From Vicugna vicugna (Eukaryota), in the NCBI GenBank assembly GCA_013265495.1, contig MU058198.1, positions 2,988,419 through 3,052,418 of the forward strand: a stretch of 64,000 nt of DNA, written 5' to 3'. Positions 54,801-64,000 of this stretch are shown here, piece by piece (the first letter of the stretch is position 1; each line of letters begins with the position of its first letter). Made by a program: the position numbers and the translations under genes. A model generated the notes under the pieces. The model made no database searches. It was not told where the DNA came from and worked only from the letters and a program-made list of their open reading frames with translations.

Positions 54801-55184
54801 TGTTCTTTAGAAGCACAGCTTGAAAACTGCTGCTATAAAACCTATCTTTGTTGCTTGAAAGATGATCAGCCATCTTTTACTTACTGCAAAAGGGCACTGA
54901 GTACTAGAAGTTAGACAGCATCTGTATGAACCCAGAGCATCCATGCTAACTTCCTATTAAAGTTAGGACAATAGGATTATTTCCTCCTAAAACAGCATAT
55001 TGAACATTCAGGTTTCAAAATGACTTACTCTCAGAGTTACTAAGAAAGTGATTCAAGGATTCTGCCAGTGAAGTCTATTACTCTAGTGCTGCAGCATACA
55101 CAGAGAGAAGTTACAAGGTAGCCACCTAAAAGGCTGGGAAAGTAAGGAAAATCTGCATTAAGGGAGCTCAAACCATTCTTTCAA

Positions 55185-55397
55185 CAGTTTCTCCCAACCT
55201 CAGCGCTACTGCTGGGTAATTCTTTTTGAGGGATAATGCCTTCACGTTGTATGATAGCCTCATCCGTGCAATCTCCCCACTAGTTGCCAGCAGCACCCCA
55301 CCCCAGTTGTAACACCCAAGTAAGTGTCTCCAGACATCACCAAGTGTTCCCAGGAGTGAGGGGGTAGGGGAAGCAAAAGTGCCCTGGAGAACTACTC
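55185..55397 (-). mobile_element. MER20-like relic, reverse orientation
   Basis: ccccagttgtaacacc...gtctccagacatcaccaagtgttccc is the reverse of the MER20 5' half. Confidence 0.65.
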
Positions 55398-55919
55398 TAA
55401 AAACAGGAGAAAAACTTCTCTGTAAAAAGAGAAAAAAGATCCAAGTAGCAGCTAGAGAAGTTTCTTAAAGCTTACCAAGGTTGGGTCAGTCAACTCATTT
55501 CATTCTGGAAAATGAATACAACCTTAACAACCATCTAGCTCAGCCAAAACCAAAAATCCGTTTACCTGGCAAGCTCCTTTAGACGATAAAAATACAGTCA
55601 AAGCCATATGAAGTGCTTCTGGAGACCTCGAGGCAAATTACCTCAAGATGGCAAATTGGTTTCATCTCCTGTGCCAACTGGTAGTGGCTGCCTGGAGCCC
55701 AGAACTCAACAGGATTCTGAGGCTGAATGTGAGCTCATGAGAAGGGTATCTGCATCAACGTCTGCCACCAGCAGGCGATGCGGGCGTGGTGACCAGTATG
55801 CCAGGCACCCACTTTCTTGGCGTTCCATTTCCTTTATGCTTCATGGGCAGGTACAGTGTTTTCCCAAATGAGTGCCTGGCACATGGTAGGTGAGGCACTT
55901 TGGTGGGCTGCCTACAAGG

Positions 55920-56335
55920 TAATCCCTTCCTTTCCTCATCTCTTCTATTAAGGCAGGAAAACCTAAATACTACCTTCCTGCCTCCATGGCAGCCAAGCAA
56001 GAGTGGTCAAGAGCCATGATTACAGTCAATGAGATGTAGACAGAAGCCTGTGAAGGGGACTTCTGGAAGAACTTTTATTTCTCTAATGACTTCCTGCCTC
56101 AATTGGGTAGAATGCCCTGAGGTGACAAACATTAAGGACAAAGAGCCAGTAACAGCTAAAGACAAGACAATGGAAACACAGAAATGGCCTGAGTCTTTGG
56201 GATCATAAAGCCACTGTACCACCTTAGAACCGCCTACTCCAGACGTCTTACAGGTGGACTAATTCAACACCTTGACTGCTTAAGGAATCATGGTTCGGGC
56301 TTCCTCTTTCTGATGCAGAAGGTATGCCTGACTGA
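55920..56335. mobile_element. MLT1-type (ERVL-MaLR) LTR relic
   Basis: cttcctgcctccatggcagcca...ccatga...caatgagatgtagacagaag...cttctggaag pattern. Confidence 0.5.
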
Positions 56336-57496
56336 CCAGGTAAACTGTCAATAAATGGGAAGTGAATGAATGAATGCAAAGTGAAATCTACTAAAGGGTC
56401 AGAAGATTACATTTTTTAAAAATAGTGCCTCTAAGACACTGTTCGACTTTGCCAAAGCATGCCTATAAATCAGTCTCTGCTTTTCTAGAATTATTGACCC
56501 ATTTCTGTTACAGTTTTTTAACAGATAAATAAGTGAATACGGCCTCTTAAAAAGCAATGGAAATGTTCACATACAAAAATGCTGGAGAAACTGATTTTCA
56601 CATTTTGGAAAAGAATAGAAAACCAAACTGAAGACACTGAGCTCTGACCTTGAAAAGTTTGCAATTGCTGTGGCTACCTTCAGGCAAAAAGAAAAAAGAA
56701 AAAGACTGATATAGCTGGTTAGTTGCCATTCTCTCCTACTTTCTTATTCTGAAATCTCTGACATGGATTTCTTTTTCTCCAGTCCCTATCCCAGTTAAGT
56801 ATTTCCATTCAAATATCCAAGATCAAACAGAAAGCATTTTTTCTTTGAGAAAAACAGGGTAGAACAACATAAATAAATATAAATAAACTGTAAGTAAAAT
56901 GTATTAAAAGGGGAGGAGTGGCCCTTGGCAGTACTGTTCCTCAGCAAGAAAGCGGGTCCTCAACCAAGTGCGAGCTTACCTTAGCTAGCCTACTGTTTTA
57001 GATTTTAATCAAATCACTTACTCTTTAATAAATGTTGTAGAAAGAAACCACAGCACCAGTGGAAAGCAAGTACCACTTGCCATAATAGAAGTCAAATGTA
57101 AAAGCAAATCCAATGAAAGCATAACCTTATTAAATTCTACCTAGTGTTGCTAATTGAAGTCTCTAAAATTGAAGTTTGGTCTCTTTGTTTAAAAAAAAAA
57201 GGTGGGGGAGTGAGCAAGAGGCTACCACCAAGTTGAGACTTTCTCTTGGGCACAATCAGGACAGAAACAAAGGAAAAGGAATTAACTTTCTTACTGTGTG
57301 ACTTCATTCTATTTAATTCTATTTATATCCATTTCCCACCTAAAAGTAGCCCTCATACAATCTCAAATCATCTTCCCCTTTTGCTTAGAATAAGAGCCCA
57401 TTTCCTTAGTGCAGCCTAAAGGATGCTACACCATCTGGCCCCAACCCACCACTCACTCACAGTTCTCACGTACTCACGACAATGACCCAAGAGCCA

Positions 57497-57842
57497 CATC
57501 TAGCCCACCGCTTGTTTCAGTTTGGCCCATGAGCTAAGAATGATTTGTAGAGATGAATATGTGTCATGAATCTGACGACAGGGAACATTAATTTTGAACT
57601 CCAATTAAGATAAATAAACATCTTCGCCAAAAAAAGAATCTCATTCTTTTCACTAGCAGAACTGTATTACAAAACATGGTACTCAATTAGTACAATACTT
57701 TAATTTTAGGCAATAAAAACGTATAGAAAAGTGTTTTCTCTTGTTATATAAGTACCTACATAATATCCTGGATTTTGTATCTCGACCAGCAAAGCATAAA
57801 ATATTTGCTGTGCGGCCCTTTACAGAAAGGTTTGCCCATCTG
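57497..57842. mobile_element. MER58-like hAT relic
   Basis: ggcccatgagctaagaatg...aaaatatttgctgtgcggccctttacagaaaggtttgccc. Confidence 0.65.
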
Positions 57843-58254
57843 TTGGCCAAGCGCACCAGACTCTTTACCATCTCAGGGCGTCCACACTTCTTACACCTGG
57901 GAAGTGCTTCCCCGGGGCTCCCCAAGGCTGGCTCTCCTTGGGGTTACTCAAATCTCAGAACCTCACCTCCTCCTGCAGAGGTCAACCTAACCCTTCCCCC
58001 TCCCCATTTATCATACCCTGCCAGCACATCAGTCACATCACCAGGTTTTACTTCTTTCAAACCACTATCTGATATTACCTCCTTAACTTATTAAAGTTTT
58101 TAGTAACAAAAATAGTAGCAGCAAATGCCCATAGTACTAAGCTCAATGGAAGCATTTTAGAAACCAGGTTGAACCCTATAAAAGTGCCAATCTGTACCTC
58201 AGAACGATCAAAAATGGGTAATTTCATAGCGTTCAACCTAATATACCAACTTCT

Positions 58255-58378
58255 TAGCAGCTCACAATCACCTATGAGGTAGGGACCAGAGGAGGAGGCT
58301 GTAGCACAGAGAGGTTGAGTAACTTGCCCGCGGTCACACAGCTAGTAAGTGGCAGAACAAGGATTTGAACCCAAGCTC
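58255..58378 (-). mobile_element. MIR relic
   Basis: gcacagagaggttgagtaacttgcccgcggtcacacagctagtaagtggcagaacaaggatttgaaccca. Confidence 0.8.
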
Positions 58379-58651
58379 AACACTCCCAACCCCAAGAATG
58401 TAAGTTCCAGGAAGGTAGACAATCTTGTTCACTGTCCCATCCCTCCCCTACGCCCAACACAGAGCTTGGCACGGAGCATGCCCTTAATAAATACGCGATG
58501 AATGAACGAGAGTGCCTCCTCCTTACAATCAGCTCTACCTGCCGGGGCTCGGGGCCCAAACCTCTCTCTTTAGGCAACCAGTGCACTTGGCCCACTGGGC
58601 GCGACCGAAGGGGGAAGGGAGCCTTGGGCAGGCGGTGCCCCAAGCGCTCAC

Positions 58652-59149
58652 CTTGAAGTCGCGGCTGTGCTGCGGGGTGTACTCCAGGGTCCACAGGGCC
58701 CGTACCAGGTGCGCCAGCTGCTCGGTGACCTCGCCCTGGCCCTGCGCGCCGCGGCCCGCGGGCTGCTCGGGGTCAGGCGAGGGCTCGGGCCGCCCCGCCC
58801 GGTACTGGCCGAGCGCCAGGTACTCGGCGAAGAGCTCCGTGTTGCTGAGGCACTGCAGCGTGGCGTTCATGAAGCACGTGTTGCCGTGGTTCCGGAGCCC
58901 CGTCACCCCGGGCACTGGCTCCGCGGCGGCGGCGGCGGCGGCGGTAGCGGCGGCGGGCGGCGCGGGCGAGGCGGGCGGCGGNNNNNNNNNNNNNNNNNNN
59001 NNNNNNNNNNNNNNNNNNNNNNNNNNNNNNNNNNNNNNNNNNNNNNNNNNNNNNNNNNNNNNNNNNNNNNNNNNNNNNNNNNNNNNCTCCTTCCCGCCCG
59101 CCGCCGCCGGCGGCGGCGGCCCGGGCACGGGCGCCGTTACCTTGGACAT
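58652..59149 (-). CDS. USP31: USP31 coding exon 1: N-terminus MSKVTAP... and USP Cys box [18 protein letters not shown], ending ...SRDFK; interrupted by N gap 58982-59086
   Basis: ATG in gccgccATG context at 59149. Translation matches the recalled USP31 N-terminus and catalytic Cys box. Donor AAG|gtgag at 58652/58651. Confidence 0.95.
58982..59086. other. Assembly gap (105 N) inside the coding sequence of USP31 exon 1
   Basis: Run of N flanked by extremely GC-rich sequence. Confidence 1.
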
Positions 59150-61968
59150 GGCGGCGGCCGCCGACGCTCATCACCGCGTCCGCCCGCCCGGCCCGGGGCC
59201 CCGCCACGGCCGCCGCCGCATCCCGCCGCGCCGCGCCTCACGGAGCTGGGGGGCTGGACGCCCCACACACCTCAGAGCGCCGCCGAGCGAGGGAGCGAGC
59301 GAGCCGCGGCCAGCGGGGCGGGCGGGCGCGCGCGAGATCCGCCCAGCTGGCCCGCTCACGTGATCCGCCTCCGGCACCACCCGCCCCGCGCTGAAGCCGC
59401 CGCGGCCGCCATGTTGACTGAGGGAAGGGAGCCGCCTCCCCGGCCGAACGCGATGACTCGCGGCTCCGGGCTCAGTCCTGGTGCGTGAAGCCCGAGGGAG
59501 GCCATGTCTAGTGTGGGCAAGATCCAGGCGCCTTGGGGAGCTTTGGGCTAGCACCGGGTGGTGGACCTCTGGGGTGAGTCTCCATCATCGCTGATCTGAT
59601 GGTGAAGGCTTTGGGAAAGTGCAGGGATCAGGATGCCGCTCCTTGCCAGACCCCGGAAGAAGTGATGGACATAGCCCTGACCAGACCTGTGCAAGCTAGG
59701 CTCGCCCGATTCCCGAGGGACCCCGACCGCCTGCGTGCCGGTTTGAACGTCATCACAGTGCCTGGCACGACCCGGCAGGCTTGTCTTCCAGGCGGCACTT
59801 TGAAGTCACAGTGAAACGATATTATAAGAATTACCATCCTTTTCAGACCAGCCTTTAAAAAAAATCCCTGAGCTCTACCATCATTTATTCATTCGTTCAA
59901 CAGATACTGTTATTTGCCAGCACTGTCCCAGACCCTGGGAATACGACAAAGTGTGAAACTAACAGGGTTTCTGCTTACCCTCCTGTTTATGGATGCTGAC
60001 AATAGTTGCTGTGTTACCAGCATTTGTTGAGCATGCAATATCTTCTTCAATCTTCCATTCAGTTCTTTTGAGAATGATAAGACTGTTATCCATTTCAAAC
60101 CCAAGTGTGTTGCAAAGCCCCTAGACTTGACTTCTAAACAAAAGGTCACAGACCCATAAATATCAGAAGGACCCACCTAGGTCATATCAGTAAGCGAAGA
60201 ATTCTCGTGTTTGAATCATCATACTGACCATTACTAAGTGACTTGAATATCAGTGTTGGGGAGATTATAAGAAACGGTGGGGACTCCGGCAAACTGCAAA
60301 TCAACGTCCTTCTAAAGGGGGTGGCTGCCACTCAGCTCCAGCCAATTATTCCCACGTGAAAATCCGGGCTCAGATAATCTGATTTTTTAAGAGAAGGTAG
60401 AAATTCTATTTTTAAATGTCGGTTCAATTTAAAGAGAAAAAATAGTACAAAAAAAAAAGTGCCCCTTTGTCCTGCCTTCAGCTCCAAATCCACTCGCTTG
60501 TGATCTCTGTAGATTCATCTCTTTGCTAACCCTTAGCCTGAGTACTGGTTACTGCAGAAGGGAGAAATCAGGGAAATCAAAGTCTTTCCTCTTTTTAAAA
60601 CAAATCCCACCTTACACCATATTTCAAAGTAAATGGCTTTTGCCTCTGGCCTCCCATCCAGCAGTAAGTAGGACCCTTATGGTGACACCCCATGGATTCT
60701 TTGCCCTAGCCCCCGAATCACTCGACTCCCACTTTCTAGTCAAAACATTCATTCCTCACTGTATCTTGAGCTTGTGTGGACATCAGGATGCAATCTGATC
60801 ATTTATACTAAAGTGTGAATGCAGTGGCCCGCAACCCTTGCAGACATGTTTGAGAATTTTCAAATATGAAAATTGTGGAGGAGGGAGGGATTAAAAAAAA
60901 GGAATAGCTTTTGGTGAAATTTCAAGCAGTTTGACAACATTTTATCACAATATTCAGCCATTAAGTTAAAAATTGGTTTGTTTGCTTGCTTTCTTGTTTG
61001 TTTCTAGTAGATTGGAAGGGTCTTGGGATGGTCTCTGTAGATTTCAGCCTGACTTGGAAGTTAGCCCCCAAGGTTTACTTCCCTATGCTGCGTTTTTTTT
61101 GGGGGGGGGGTTGGGTTTTTTTAGCACTTCTCCATTTTGAACTCCTGTCCATAGCACCCATCAAAATCTGGGAAAGACTATCAGCTCTTAAGGTAGAGAC
61201 TAGATCTGTTTTGCTGACCAAAGATTCTGAGAACTGACCATGTTCTCATAAATGTTTGGTTAAATGAATACACTGCTTTAGAAGGAAATTGAGCCTACCA
61301 ACAGCTTTTCATCCCCCACATCTTATGCCCTAAGCCCATGTCTAATTTAAGCCACAGCTATAAACTGTGTAAGCCACTGCAGTGTGATAGCCCCTCTCCC
61401 CCCACTTCAGAATTCTATTCTTTATTTCTTTGCTTTTCTTCCTGCAGGTTCTCCCTAAAGCCAGAGAACTCTGGCTAGAGTTGAATTAACAAGCCTCTCT
61501 CCCCTAACAGGGGCAGCCCTCAACTGGTGGAGTCTTAGCTGAAATACAACCCGATTGCCTGGGCCCTCCCCTCCAGTCCAAGCAAGCCACTTGGGATCCC
61601 ATGGCTGTCATGTGCTTCAAAGAAATTAGGACCCCTTAGCACCCACCTTGGCACCACCACCCAGGGGCATCCTAGGGCTCACCACATCCCTTTGAACATG
61701 GCCGCCTCCCCAAACCTGATACTACCTAGTTGCCACTCCCATCTTTTCCCACCAGCACGGGGGTGGAATCAAAAATGTAATTGCTATAGCTCAGCAGTAA
61801 TTGGAGGCTGGTTTCCTTGGCCACTAGAGTCCAATAGAATACAATTCCGTCTGACTTTCCTCCTGTGGGGGGAGTGTCCTCCAGTCTCTGCTTGCAGTCC
61901 AGTGTTACGGAATGTCTTGCTCTGCCCCCCTAGACCCTCAAGCAATTTGATCCAGACATATGGGCCTT

Positions 61969-62076
61969 GGTTAGGTGGGGTATAGCTCAGTGGTAGAGCA
62001 CATGCTTAGCATGCACAAGGTCCTGGGTTCACTCTCCAGTACCTTCAGTTAAAAAAAAAAGAAGGAAAAAAAAGAA
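61969..62076 (+). mobile_element. tRNA-Ala-derived SINE, short form, with a perfect 16-bp target-site duplication
   Basis: CAGACATATGGGCCTT at 61953-61968 and 62077-62092. Confidence 0.92.
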
Positions 62077-63429
62077 CAGACATATGGGCCTTTGCTCAAG
62101 TGGTATTCTCTATCCCAAACGCCTTTCTCTGAGCCTCTTCCGTTATCCAACCGCTCCTTATCCTTGAAGTCTCGTTAGATATCACCTGCTCCAGGAGGCG
62201 TCCCTTCCACAGGCATCTCTCAGTCATGACACTAAGTTTACCAGAAGTCTGCTTACAATCTGTCACCTGCTCTAAAGTGTGGGCTTCAAGCCAACAGAGG
62301 CTCCTCTTACCCATTATTGGATAATTAGTAAGGTAGCCATCGGATAGCGTGTTGATTATTTGGCAGCTGTAATACCCAAACATCTGAACTCCTTTGTGAA
62401 ACATAGGAACCCCCTTCCCAATCTGGCCCTTCTCACCATTCCAGGCTTATTGGTCCCCGTGGGGCCCCAAAGCTGACCTATTCCAGTTTAACCATAACAG
62501 GCTTGGAAAAGAATTCCTAGTTGGAGTGCTCTGATGGTCATTCTTTAAGATCCACCCCAAACAACATTCTGTAGTAAATCCTCTACCGTCCCTCTCTGCA
62601 CCCACCCCTTACTGCCAAGCTAGGGAAACACAAGTTAGAAACAACAGTGCAGTGAGTATTGTCATAATCTAAACTTGGTCCATCCCTGCAACTATCTCCT
62701 TAAGCTGACACGTTGGACCGAAGGGAATGCAAATTTCATATTTTGACACCTATTGTCAAGCTCACCTCGAGAAAGGTTTTATCCTGCCAACAATTATGGG
62801 GTGGGGGGAGGCCGCACATTTCCCAAACCCAAGGCAGTATTGATATTTTCAGTCTTTTTCACATTGGCAAATTCGATGAACAAAAAAATGGCATGTTAAT
62901 ATGCTTTTATCTGTAGGAGTGAAGTTGAACATCATATTCTGGTCTTGCAGGCATCCAGCATCTACACAGACTTTCTATTGGAAGAGGATACCAAATTATG
63001 CAGGACAACTCAAGCTCCATTATGAAAACTGAGCAGGGGCTGGGGAGAAAGTATTCCCTTCCCATTCCTGGAATCTAGAGCCCAGGAAGATGACTTAAGA
63101 AAGACCAGTCAGATGCTCCCACCTGGATCTTGGCTCTGGATGTATTGATCCAAGGTTGGAGATAATGTAGCAAATTAGGGAATCTGGTAGCTCTATGTTC
63201 AGCAGAAGGTACAGTGATGACAGTACCAGGAATGGGGGCAGTGAGTGACCAGCTGGCTGCTCTAGTGGCGAGTTCTTACTGGTGTCTGCCTCCCTGCATT
63301 TCTGCCCAAGCCCGTTTCTCCAGCTCTGTTTATTCTATGAGCTAACTTACAGTCTTCCTATAAATTCTTTTGTTGCTAAAACTAACCAGTTTCCATTGTT
63401 TGCAATCAAGAAAGTGACTGGTAATGCCT

Positions 63430-64000
63430 TTTTATTAGCACTTTGTAGTTTTGCTGGTGTAATTTACCTGTGCACATCGTTTGCCTATTTTTCCTTTGGT
63501 GTGTTCCTTTTATCAATACTGGTTAATAAAAGTACTATGAGTTATATTATCCCTTGGTCTATGCCTTCCATTTGGTTATTTTCCTTTCACCATATTTGTA
63601 GCATTTTTACATCAAATAGAGAATTTTAATCATTTTATATACTCAAATTGAACCTTTTGTTCTTTAAAGGTTTCTGTTTTTTTTTTTTTAACACGCTTAG
63701 ACATTTCAAGAGCATAAGAATACTCATCTGTGTTTTCATTTAGTGCTGTTATGGTTTCTTTTTTTTTTTTAATTCCTTTTTCTTACTTTCAGTAGAAAGT
63801 CTCCATCAGGAATTTATTTTTGTGTAAGAAATGAGGTAAGAATCTTACCTTTTTCCTCACCTACAAGGCTAGCCAGTTGTCCTAGCACCATTTTTTTTAA
63901 ATAATCTAAACTTTTCCACTGCTTTAAAATATCACTTTTTATCATATATTAGACTCCACATACATTTAGAGTTTTTTAAATCTCTTTTTACCTTATTTGA
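63430..64000 (-). mobile_element. Old L1 fragment
   Basis: T-rich, with ccagttgtcctagcaccattt...ttttccactgcttt, the reverse of L1 ORF2 sequence. Confidence 0.6.

Larger units (their letters stand above)
58540..59790. promoter_or_regulatory. CpG island, USP31 promoter and 5'UTR
   Basis: Very GC- and CpG-rich, spanning exon 1. Contains GC boxes, a palindromic E-box TCACGTGA (59356-59363) and a YY1-like CCGCCATGTT (59406-59415). Confidence 0.9.

Noticed and set aside
58512..59488. Long plus-strand ORFs (283 and 273 aa) over the CpG island
   Set aside because: Antisense shadows of GC-rich exon 1 that read through Ns, with no recognisable protein.

Overview
Mammalian genomic DNA, probably camelid, judged from a recurring tRNA-Ala-derived SINE. 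The window holds most of the USP31 deubiquitinase gene on the minus strand: a CpG-island promoter and coding exons 1-15. Every intron is GT-AG and the phases match from exon 2 to exon 15. Exon 1 contains a 105-N assembly gap, and the large last exon lies beyond base 1. The introns carry typical L1, L2, MIR, MER and MLT relics plus seven young SINEs. The most interesting structure is in intron 11, antisense to USP31: a ~1.75-kb retrocopy flanked by a target-site duplication. It starts at the 5' end of an H/ACA snoRNA (SNORA22-like), continues through the unspliced 3' part of the snoRNA's host intron, and then runs through fully spliced CCT6A exons and the 3'UTR to a polyA signal. It reads as a fossil of a 5'-snoRNA-capped, polyadenylated CCT6A RNA rather than an ordinary processed pseudogene. 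All homology calls come from recalled sequences, not database searches. Repeat boundaries are approximate.
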